Virus record (IMG/VR): IMGVR_UViG_3300045988_030421
Coordinates: 1 to 39,394 of that record
Direction: 5' to 3' (one strand)
Source of the DNA: a virus
DNA: 39,394 nt
Each line of letters starts with the position of its first letter. Position 1 is the first letter of the stretch. Positions 6,624 to 14,064 of this stretch are shown here, in pieces. Position numbers and translations under genes: made by a program. The notes beneath the pieces are model-generated. The model searched no databases. It saw only the letters and a list, made by a program, of their open reading frames with translations, and was not told the origin of the DNA.

Positions 6624-7019
6624 ATGACGTTAAAAGAGCTTAACTCGTTGTATTTCATTGAGCTTGAAATAGCAGAATACAAGAAAAAAATCGCAGAGTT
6701 GCGGGAAATGGCTGAGAGCATTTCCCCGAATTATTCCGGGATGCCGAGCGGATCAGGCTCGACAAACAAGATAGAAAAAGCCGTCCTTGCGATTGTATCA
6801 TATCAGGAAATGCTCGACCAAGCGATTTGCACAAAGGTCGAGCAGTCTGAGAAGATACACGCTTACATTTTGGACGTTGAGGACGCGCAAACGCGGCAGA
6901 TCATGATCTTGCGGTTTGTGCAGCGCAGACCGTGGAGCGAGATTGCGAGACATATAGGCGGCAACAACACGCCGAGCGCGGTGAGAAAGCGAGCAATACG
7001 GTACATTGAAAACCATTGA
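6624..7019 (+). CDS. DUF1492-type sigma-70 region-4-like transcriptional regulator (ArpU/RinA-like late activator class)
   Basis: ...SPNYSGMPSGSGSTNKIE... followed by ...EDAQTRQIMILRFVQRRPWSEIARHIGG...SAVRKRAIRYIE. This matches the DUF1492 pattern from memory. Confidence 0.6.
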   Translation: MTLKELNSLYFIELEIAEYKKKIAELREMAESISPNYSGMPSGSGSTNKIEKAVLAIVSYQEMLDQAICTKVEQSEKIHAYILDVEDAQTRQIMILRFVQRRPWSEIARHIGGNNTPSAVRKRAIRYIENH

Positions 7020-7494
7020 AGAACTTTATCTCGAAAATGAGAAAATCGTGTATTTCGCGTTGGGCAAGTATTATCCTGACTGGGCGTTTGACGAGGACGC
7101 GCAGCAGACCGCAAAAATGGCGTTGTGGAAAGCGTGCCGAGATTATGACGAGAAACGGGGCAAATTTTCGACGTGCGCGATTCGTTACATACGAAATGAA
7201 ATGTGGAATTATCTCCGCGCTGGAAGAAGGCGGCTGCCTACAGTATCACTTGACGATCCTATAAATGATACGGGCGAGTCGGTGCTAGCCGATATAATAC
7301 TGGGAGACGACGACATCGTTTGTGACAGCTTGTATTTGATTGATTCTAGGCTGTCAGAGCGGCGGCAAAAAATTGTAGATTGTCTAGCCGCAGGAATGAC
7401 TTTGCAGGAAACAGCTGATACTATAGGCATTTCTAGAACGGCTGTGTATAACAATATTGAGCGCATACGGCAGATTCTTTCCGAGAAAGATTAA
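7006..7494 (+). CDS. Sigma-70 family RNA polymerase sigma factor (regions 2 and 4)
   Basis: Region-2-like FSTCAIRYIRNEMWNYLR and region-4 HTH GMTLQETADTIGISRTAVYNNIERIRQIL. TTG start overlaps the upstream gene by 14 nt. Confidence 0.8.
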   Translation: MKTIEELYLENEKIVYFALGKYYPDWAFDEDAQQTAKMALWKACRDYDEKRGKFSTCAIRYIRNEMWNYLRAGRRRLPTVSLDDPINDTGESVLADIILGDDDIVCDSLYLIDSRLSERRQKIVDCLAAGMTLQETADTIGISRTAVYNNIERIRQILSEKD

Positions 7495-7596
7495 GTTGTC
7501 CGAAATGTCCGCATATACCTGTGATATATTATAAGTGGGTCAGGTGCAAGGGTTTCCCATGTTGTATCTCCTTTTCCTTTTTTGTTTGTGGCGAGA

Positions 7597-7624
7597 GGCA
7601 GTCCTTTACGGGCTGCCTTTTGTC
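7597..7624 (+). terminator. Rho-independent terminator ending the early operon
   Basis: GGCAGTCC (7597-7604) pairs with GGGCTGCC (7610-7617) with one G-U pair, followed by TTTTGTCATATTT. Confidence 0.65.
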
Positions 7625-7647
7625 ATATTTAAGGCGGTGAAACTACT

Positions 7648-7830
7648 GTGTACAAAAATAGCGAGGGCTATCCCGATCCAACAGCGGGAGCGGCTTTTAG
7701 ACATATCGCAGAAGAAAAGCGAGCGAAAGACCTTATCTCCGTGTTGAGGTACATTATTCGCGTCGCCGGGTTCGAGCTTATCAATCGAATAGAGATCAGA
7801 GAAAAAAAGTCCGGGAGGGAATTCCGATAA
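7648..7830 (+). CDS. Small conserved phage protein (60 aa), first gene of the late operon
   Basis: GTG start. The N-terminal YKNSEGYPDPTAGAAF motif recurs in small Firmicutes-phage proteins. Function unknown. Confidence 0.55.
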   Translation: MYKNSEGYPDPTAGAAFRHIAEEKRAKDLISVLRYIIRVAGFELINRIEIREKKSGREFR

Positions 7831-8559
7831 ATGGAGATCGTGAACAAGCGGCTGAACGAAATCGAGCCATATGAAAAAAATCCGAGAAAGAATGACGAGG
7901 CTGTTCAGTACGTTGCCGAGAGCATCCGGCAGTTCGGCTTCAAAGTTCCGATTGTCATTGACCGAGACGGCATAATCGTTGCCGGTCACACGAGATATAA
8001 GGCCGCAAAGTTCCTCAAGCTGGACGAGGTGCCGTGCATCATCGCTGACGACCTGACAGACGAGCAGGTCAAAGCGTTTCGCCTTGCAGATAACAAGGTT
8101 GGAGAGTTTGCCGAGTGGAACGAGGACTTGCTGGCGTATGAGCTTGCCGACATCATTGACATTGACATGACAGACTTCGGCTTTTCATTCGACGATGATG
8201 AGGACGAGGACGACAAGTACACGCTCGCGGTTACTATTCCGCAGTATGAGATCACGGGAGCTTGTCCGGAGCTGGAAGAGCTGACCGAGGAAGATAAGAC
8301 GGAAGAGCTTATCGCGGAAATTGAGCAGTCAAACGTAACGGACGAGCAAAAGGCGTTTCTCATCAAAGCAGCGAGACGGCACACAGCGTTCAATTATTCG
8401 CTCGTGGCCGAGTATTATGCTCACGCTGACGAAGAGATGCAGCGGCTCATGGAAAAGTCCGCGCTTGTCATTATTGACGTTAACGACGCGATTGCGAACG
8501 GGTATGCACGCCTGTCAAGTGAGATCGTTCAGATGATTGAGGAAGACAAAAATGCGTGA
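7831..8559 (+). CDS. ParB-like nuclease (ParB/Srx N-terminal) domain protein
   Basis: ...IEPYEKNPRKNDEAVQYVAESIRQFGFKVPIVIDRDGIIVAGHTRYKAAKFL..., followed by an acidic linker (DDDEDEDD) and a helical C-terminal region. Confidence 0.8.
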   Translation: MEIVNKRLNEIEPYEKNPRKNDEAVQYVAESIRQFGFKVPIVIDRDGIIVAGHTRYKAAKFLKLDEVPCIIADDLTDEQVKAFRLADNKVGEFAEWNEDLLAYELADIIDIDMTDFGFSFDDDEDEDDKYTLAVTIPQYEITGACPELEELTEEDKTEELIAEIEQSNVTDEQKAFLIKAARRHTAFNYSLVAEYYAHADEEMQRLMEKSALVIIDVNDAIANGYARLSSEIVQMIEEDKNA

Positions 8560-9400
8560 CGATTTTGCGATTTTCATCCTGACGCATGGGAGAGCCGGTA
8601 ACGTCAAGACTATACCGAGAGTGCTTGAGAAGAGCAATTACACCGGGAAGTATTACATTGTCATTGATAACGAGGACGATCAAGCGGACGAGTATTACAA
8701 ACTGTACGGTGATAAGGTGTTCATGTTTGACAAGGCTGCCGTTGCAAAGACGTTTGACGCGATGGATCAGTCCGAAGACCGGCGAATGATAGTTTATGCC
8801 CGCAATTATTGCTTCGATTTGGCGGAACAGTTAGGGCTTAAATATTTCCTCGAATTCGACGATGATTACAATTCGCTCGATTATAGATGGATAGACGGCA
8901 AGAGGCTGCGCATGACAAATGTCCAGCAGATGGATAGGCTGTGCGAGCTTATGATCGAATGGCTTGAGGTGTCTAGAGCACAGACGGTTTGTTTTGCTCA
9001 GGGCGGTGACTTCATCGGCGGTGCAAAAGGCGGCAATTACGGGAAAAAGGTCTTACGCAAGGCGATGAATACGTTCTTTTTCAAGACCGAAAACCGGCTA
9101 ACCTTCACCGGCAGACAGAACGAGGATGTTGTTACATACGTTACCGAGGGCAATCGTGGGAAGCTATTCATGACGATTACCGACGTGAACATTGTCCCGA
9201 CGGCTACGCAGAACAACAAGGGCGGTTGCTCTGACGTGTATTTGGAACAGGGGACGTATGTAAAGTCATTTTATGCTGTTATGGCAAGCCCTCAAGCTGT
9301 GTGCGTCGATATGATGAACAGTCGTCATGCGAGAATACACCACAGGGTTGACTGGGATAGATGTGCGCCAAAGATTCTTAACGAGAGGTGGAAAAAGTGA
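8552..9400 (+). CDS. GT-A-fold glycosyltransferase-like protein (282 aa), family not identified
   Basis: N-terminal strand DFAIFILTHGR, then ARNYCFDLAEQLGLKYFLEFDDDY (helix plus DxD strand, typical of GT-A). ATG 8552 follows GAGGAAG and overlaps the upstream stop. The track lists TTG 8537. Confidence 0.5.
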   Translation: MRDDFAIFILTHGRAGNVKTIPRVLEKSNYTGKYYIVIDNEDDQADEYYKLYGDKVFMFDKAAVAKTFDAMDQSEDRRMIVYARNYCFDLAEQLGLKYFLEFDDDYNSLDYRWIDGKRLRMTNVQQMDRLCELMIEWLEVSRAQTVCFAQGGDFIGGAKGGNYGKKVLRKAMNTFFFKTENRLTFTGRQNEDVVTYVTEGNRGKLFMTITDVNIVPTATQNNKGGCSDVYLEQGTYVKSFYAVMASPQAVCVDMMNSRHARIHHRVDWDRCAPKILNERWKK

Positions 9401-10341
9401 GTATCATCGAAAACAAGCTGCTGTACAATCTCGATTACGTTGTGGAGCAGAAGCCGTTAACGGCAGATATTTTCCTGACGAATTATTGCAACAATAGATG
9501 CCCTTATTGTGCGTATGCACGATACGAGGGCAGGCGCGAAAAGGGCGCGTATATGTGCTTCGTTGATTTCCAGAGATATGCGGAGCGGCTGCTTGAGCTT
9601 GGCGTAAAAGGGTTCATCCTGACCGGAGGCGGTGAGCCGACGATCAATCCTGATTTCGACCGCATTACGGCATGGCTTGAAGAGCGCGGCGTTTCGTATG
9701 GGATCAACACGAATTTCAACGTCTTGAAGAAGATCAAACCGAAGTACTTGAAAGTGTCGTTCGACGCATGGAGCGATGAGAGCTACAAAGCGAAACGCGG
9801 CGTGGCAAAGTACGAGCAGGCCCGAAAGAATATCATTGCTTATCGTGAATGGCAGCGAGCAGATGGTTTCGACACCTCGCTCGGCATTCAGTGCCTTGTG
9901 CAGACGATGGACGACATCGACAAGTTTTACGAGGCGAACAAAGACCTTGACGTCGATTATATCGTGTTCAGACCTGTTGAAAGCAAGCAGGGCAGTTATT
10001 ACGAGGATCGTAGCGAGGGCGAGTTCATCATGCGTTTGCTTGAGCTTGCAGCGCAGGACGAGCGAATCAATATCAATTACAAGTGGTTTAAGCTGGACGC
10101 ACACGTCGAGAGATGTTATGCGAATGCGAATCAGATTGCGTTGACGCAGACCGGCGATGTGATTTACTGCTGTCACAAGCCTTACGATGTGGTCGGACAT
10201 ATCCTCGATCCTGACATTATGCAGAAGAAGCAGCAGCACAAAACCGACATGACGATGTGCGACGTTCCGTGCAGATTGACAGGCGCAAACTTGTTTATGC
10301 ATAAGGTGCTGGCAGGATGTAAGGACAGCGAGTTCGTGTGA
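9388..10341 (+). CDS. Radical SAM enzyme with SPASM/twitch-like C-terminal cysteine motif
   Basis: CNNRCPYC (C34-x3-C38-x2-C41), GGGEP SAM-binding motif, C-terminal C-x12-G-x4-C (CYANANQIALTQTGDVIYC) followed by CDVPC and a further Cys. An alternative start GTG 9397 has the better RBS spacing. Confidence 0.85.
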   Translation: MEKVSIIENKLLYNLDYVVEQKPLTADIFLTNYCNNRCPYCAYARYEGRREKGAYMCFVDFQRYAERLLELGVKGFILTGGGEPTINPDFDRITAWLEERGVSYGINTNFNVLKKIKPKYLKVSFDAWSDESYKAKRGVAKYEQARKNIIAYREWQRADGFDTSLGIQCLVQTMDDIDKFYEANKDLDVDYIVFRPVESKQGSYYEDRSEGEFIMRLLELAAQDERININYKWFKLDAHVERCYANANQIALTQTGDVIYCCHKPYDVVGHILDPDIMQKKQQHKTDMTMCDVPCRLTGANLFMHKVLAGCKDSEFV

Positions 10342-10682
10342 CGACGCAAGAGATCATTGAGCTTATTGACAGCGGCAAGATCGTAAAGTTCTATCAGTCA
10401 CGAGAGTGGCGAGAGCTGCGAGAGGATGTGCTGCACGATCATCATTACGAATGTCAGCGATGCGCCGAGCGAGGCAGGTACACGAGGGCGACAATGGTGC
10501 ATCATGTGCAGGAGGTGCGCAAGCGTCCTGACCTTGCCTTGTGTAAGACGTATGTGGATTTACAAGGCGTAGAGCATCAGCAGCTCATGCCGTTGTGTCA
10601 AGCCTGCCACGAGGCGGAGCACAACAAGCTGAGTGCTTATAGCAATAAACATAACAATTTTGTCAACAAAGAACGTTGGTAA
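10338..10682 (+). CDS. HNH endonuclease (packaging-associated)
   Basis: ...HHYECQRCAERG...VHHVQEV...LMPLCQACHEAEHNK. Located immediately upstream of cos/TerS/TerL, as in HK97-like cos phages. Confidence 0.85.
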   Translation: MTTQEIIELIDSGKIVKFYQSREWRELREDVLHDHHYECQRCAERGRYTRATMVHHVQEVRKRPDLALCKTYVDLQGVEHQQLMPLCQACHEAEHNKLSAYSNKHNNFVNKERW

Positions 10683-10787
10683 GCGTTTATTTGTTGGTTT
10701 GATTACAATTTTGCGCATTATATGTTGACCAATATTACTCTATGTAATTTAATTCAGCCTCTTGTGTTCACCACTCAGAGACAAAAT

Positions 10788-10802
10788 CCCCCCCCGTGGG
10801 GG
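10788..10802. other. Candidate cos-site core (C8-GT-G5)
   Basis: CCCCCCCCGTGGGGG lies in the 300-nt non-coding gap between HNH and TerS. It is flanked by the imperfect inverted repeat TTCAGCCTCT (10753-10762) / AGAGGGGCTGAA (10821-10832). Confidence 0.35.
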
Positions 10803-10982
10803 TATATGGGGTCTTTTTGGAGAGGGGCTGAAATCGGGGCAAGGATTGACAAGAGAAAAAAATCTCCCTAAACAGGAATTTTTTCAAGTATTTTTGCTGC
10901 AAAAACAGCGCGAAAATTGAAAATGTGTGCCTCCTATGAGGACAGAAAATGATAACTTAAAGTATAAAAAGGCGGTGAGATC

Positions 10983-11429
10983 ATGGCGAGACCACGCGAG
11001 CCCGTTGACCTCATCAAGGCAAAGGGGCGAAAGCACTTGACGAAGCAGGAATATGAGGACAGGAAAGCGGCGGAGCTTGACGTGCCCTTCATGGATATTA
11101 AACCGCCTGACTATATCAAGGGTGAAAAGCAGATCGAAAAGTTTAATTATTATGCTGATATGCTGAAAAAGATCGGCATTTTCACGGAGCTTGACGTTGA
11201 TGTTTTGGCACGTTACATCATGGGCGAGCAGATTTATCTACAATACACGGCTTTGCTCGTGAAGTATTCAAAGGCGAATGACCTTGACAAGCTGGCGAAG
11301 ATTCAGACGTTGCAGGACAGAGCTTTCCGGCAGTGCCAGCAGTGCGCCCGTGATTTGGGCTTGACTATCACTTCACGCTGTAAATTAGTCGTGCCTCAGG
11401 TGGACGACGATGCAGATTTCGAGCTGTGA
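10983..11429 (+). CDS. terS: Terminase small subunit (P27-family-like)
   Basis: 148 aa. ...RKHLTKQEYEDRK...LDVDVLARYIM...RQCARDLGLTITSRCKL, positioned directly before TerL. Confidence 0.75.
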   Translation: MARPREPVDLIKAKGRKHLTKQEYEDRKAAELDVPFMDIKPPDYIKGEKQIEKFNYYADMLKKIGIFTELDVDVLARYIMGEQIYLQYTALLVKYSKANDLDKLAKIQTLQDRAFRQCQQCARDLGLTITSRCKLVVPQVDDDADFEL

Positions 11430-13050
11430 AGAGCTGCAAGAGTATATCGGCATCGTTGAGAGTGGCAAGGTTAAAACGTGCCAGTGGCAGAAAAAACTTG
11501 TTCAGCACATAAAGCACTGCTTTGAGACCGAAGCACTCACGATTGATTCGGAAAAGATAGCGTCGTACATGAGCTATCAAAAGTATTTCCCGTTCGATTT
11601 GTTCGCGTGGGAAAAGTTCTGTTTTATCCTGCATAATTGTGTGTTCCGTGAGGACGGGCAACCGCGATGGAGCGACCTGTTCATCCTGTGCGGCAGAGGC
11701 GCAGGAAAGAACGGTTATTTGTCGTTTGAGGATTTCTGCTTGATTACGCCAATAAATGGCATTGCGCAGTATCATATTGACATTTGTGCGAACAGCGAGG
11801 AACAGGCGAAAACGTCATTCGATGAGATATGGAACGTGCTCGAAAATCCGAAATACCGGAAAGTGTTCGAGCATAATTTCCGGTGGAATCGCACCGTTAT
11901 TGAGAATATCAAAACGCGGTCGCAGATCAAGTTCCGCACGAACAATCCGAAAGGCAAGGACGGTCTGAGATCAGGCAAAGTCGATTTCGACGAGCCTCAT
12001 GCTTATGAAAATTGGGAAAATATCAACGTATTCACGACCGGCTTGGGAAAAAAGCCGCATCCGCGCCGGACATATGTTTCCACGAATGGCGATGTACGAC
12101 AGGGCCCGTTGGATCAGTTGATTGATAAGTCCGAAAAAATTCTGAATGGAGAAATGCCGGACAATGGGTTCTTGCCGTTTATTTGTAAGATTGACAACGA
12201 GGGCGAAGTAAACGACCCGGATATGTGGGAAAAGGCGAATCCGTCACTCCCTTATCTGCCGACATTGAAAGAGCAGATGCAGCGTGAATACGCGGATTAT
12301 TTGCTCGACCCGATTATCAACAATGCGTTTATGACGAAGCGCATGAACGTCCCGCAGGGGCGCAAAGATAGCGAGGTTACGTCGTGGGAAAACATCTTGC
12401 GGACGAATAGAGAGCTGCCAGACCTGAGGGGCAAGCCGTGCGTTGCTGGTATTGATTTTGCAAAGACGACCGACTTTGTGTCGGTGTTCCTTTTGTTCAG
12501 GGGCGATAATGAGTTTTACGGCATTCATCATTCGTGGCTTTGCAGCAGATCAAATGATATTGGGCGCATTAAGTTTCCGCTGAAAACAGCCGTCGAGCAA
12601 GGATATTTGACGATGGTTGACGATGTGGAAGTGCATCCGGCAATCGTGTGCGATTGGCTGTATCAGCAGGCGCAGACGTATGACTTGTTGAAAGTGGCGA
12701 TTGACGATTATCGGTATGCGCTCATGTCACGTGAGTTGAAGTCAATCGGCTTTGATGCAGCCGAGAAAGAGGTCAAGCTGACAAGGCCGTCCGACATAAT
12801 GCGGAATCAGCCGAGAATCGCCTCCATTTTTGCAAATGGGCAGCTTGCAGTCGGCGACGATATGTTGTGGCGGTGGTTTACGAACAACACAAAGCTTGAG
12901 CCTGCGCCTAACGGCAACTTCAAGTATGGCAAGATAGAGCCGAAGAGCCGCAAAACAGACGGCTTTATGGCGTTTGTGGCGGCGATGTGCATATCGGATG
13001 AGTTACCTGAGCCTGCAAGCCTTGAATTTTTCCAGCCGATAGTTTTTTAA
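11410..13050 (+). CDS. terL: Terminase large subunit
   Basis: 546 aa. Walker A-like LCGRGAGKNG and a C-terminal nuclease-like region. The start overlaps the TerS end. Confidence 0.9.
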   Translation: MQISSCEELQEYIGIVESGKVKTCQWQKKLVQHIKHCFETEALTIDSEKIASYMSYQKYFPFDLFAWEKFCFILHNCVFREDGQPRWSDLFILCGRGAGKNGYLSFEDFCLITPINGIAQYHIDICANSEEQAKTSFDEIWNVLENPKYRKVFEHNFRWNRTVIENIKTRSQIKFRTNNPKGKDGLRSGKVDFDEPHAYENWENINVFTTGLGKKPHPRRTYVSTNGDVRQGPLDQLIDKSEKILNGEMPDNGFLPFICKIDNEGEVNDPDMWEKANPSLPYLPTLKEQMQREYADYLLDPIINNAFMTKRMNVPQGRKDSEVTSWENILRTNRELPDLRGKPCVAGIDFAKTTDFVSVFLLFRGDNEFYGIHHSWLCSRSNDIGRIKFPLKTAVEQGYLTMVDDVEVHPAIVCDWLYQQAQTYDLLKVAIDDYRYALMSRELKSIGFDAAEKEVKLTRPSDIMRNQPRIASIFANGQLAVGDDMLWRWFTNNTKLEPAPNGNFKYGKIEPKSRKTDGFMAFVAAMCISDELPEPASLEFFQPIVF

Positions 13051-13065
13051 GGGGGGGAGATCATA

Positions 13066-13242
13066 ATGCAAGACGTTTCGATGGTGAGAGGTAGCACGCA
13101 AGTGTTCGAGATTTTTGTGACTGATGCAAGCGGCGATGCGTACATGTTGAAGGATGGCGAGAAGCTGATTTTCGGCGTGAAGAAAAATTATTACGACAAA
13201 ATGACCTTGCAGGGTAAAAAATGCAGGGTTATTCGGTTGTGA
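13066..13242 (+). pseudogene. Truncated paralog (58 aa) of the N-terminal half of 13256..13606
   Basis: MQDVSMVRGSTQVFEIFVTDASGDAYMLKDGEKLIFGVKKNYYD aligns with MKQNVSMVRGRTRIFNVRVTDGTGAAYILGTGEKLIFGVKKNYFD. It then diverges and stops after 13 unrelated residues. Confidence 0.5.
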
Positions 13243-13255
13243 AAGGGGGGCAAAA

Positions 13256-13606
13256 ATGAAGCAAAACGTTTCTATGGTTAGGGGCAGAACGAGAATTTTC
13301 AACGTGCGCGTAACTGATGGCACAGGAGCGGCTTATATTTTGGGCACAGGCGAAAAACTCATTTTCGGGGTGAAAAAGAATTATTTCGATTCTGGCTACC
13401 TTATTAAAAAGAGCATTACGTCTGTAAATGCGACGAGCGAACCGGGGGTTTATGCTGTAGTTATCAAGCCGGAGGACACGGCAAGTCTGACGTGTGATAT
13501 ATATTGCTATGACGTTGGTTTGCAGAGCGGCTCCGATTATTATTCGGTGATTGATTGCAGCCATTTCGTAATCGAACCGAACATTACCAGCGAAGAGGTA
13601 CAGTAA
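13256..13606 (+). CDS. Hypothetical small beta-rich protein (116 aa), full-length copy of the duplicated unit
   Basis: RBS is GGGGGG. See 13066..13242 for the paralogy. Confidence 0.65.
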   Translation: MKQNVSMVRGRTRIFNVRVTDGTGAAYILGTGEKLIFGVKKNYFDSGYLIKKSITSVNATSEPGVYAVVIKPEDTASLTCDIYCYDVGLQSGSDYYSVIDCSHFVIEPNITSEEVQ

Positions 13607-14064
13607 TGAACTCGCATGTACAGATGGAGAACGTTGAAGAAATCAGCGGAAGCGTAGCTGCCGAAGAAATTGCTGGAAGTGTCGCCACCGAAGAAATTGG
13701 CGGAAGTGTCACTGCAAAAGAAATCAATGGGAGCGTAACTGCCGAAGAAATCAATGGGAGCGTCGCTACCACCGAAGAAATTGACGGAAGCATAGTAGAC
13801 TTTGGCGGAAATGGGGGCACTGGCGGCGGGAGCGGCACGGTGCAGAGCGTCAACGGCGTGCTGCCGGACACCGATGGTAACGTGCAGTTAGACCCGGAAG
13901 ACGTCGGCGCGGTGGACGAGGGCGAAGAGCTAACGATCCTTGAGAACGTAGACATGTGGAATAATGCCTGGTGGGAGGATAACTATGGCAACAAAATATG
14001 CGGGGCAGAATGCTCTAAACAAGTTGATGCAGATCATCAAGACTGCATTGTCTGGCAAGGCTGA
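13606..14064 (+). CDS. Repeat-containing fibre-like protein
   Basis: ATG 13606 overlaps the upstream stop (TAATG). Contains six EEIxGSVxA repeats, a Gly-rich stretch and the fibre-type motif VQSVNGVLPDTDGNVQLDPEDVGA. The last 80 nt overlap the next gene. Confidence 0.55.
   Translation: MNSHVQMENVEEISGSVAAEEIAGSVATEEIGGSVTAKEINGSVTAEEINGSVATTEEIDGSIVDFGGNGGTGGGSGTVQSVNGVLPDTDGNVQLDPEDVGAVDEGEELTILENVDMWNNAWWEDNYGNKICGAECSKQVDADHQDCIVWQG
13636..13797 (+). repeat. Six imperfect 24-30-nt tandem coding repeats (GAAGAAATYRVYGGRAGYGT...)
   Basis: They encode EEISGSVAA / EEIAGSVAT / EEIGGSVTAK / EINGSVTA / EEINGSVATT / EEIDGSIV. Confidence 0.85.

Noticed and set aside
7535-7747. 70-aa plus-strand ORF between the sigma gene and the late genes
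   Set aside because: It spans the terminator hairpin (7597-7624) and overlaps the better-supported 7648-7830 ORF. It has no RBS.
9457-10302. 281-aa minus-strand ORF opposite the radical SAM gene
   Set aside because: The plus-strand frame carries CxxxCxxC, GGGEP and the SPASM-like motif. The antisense product has no motifs and no RBS.
13066-13606. Duplicated segment considered as a diversity-generating retroelement TR/VR pair
   Set aside because: The genome has no reverse transcriptase. Differences between the copies affect all bases rather than adenines only, and one copy is truncated.
13636-13797. Regularly spaced 24-30-nt repeats considered as a CRISPR-like array
   Set aside because: The repeats are contiguous with no spacers. 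They are in-frame and translate to a peptide repeat inside an ORF. No cas genes are present.
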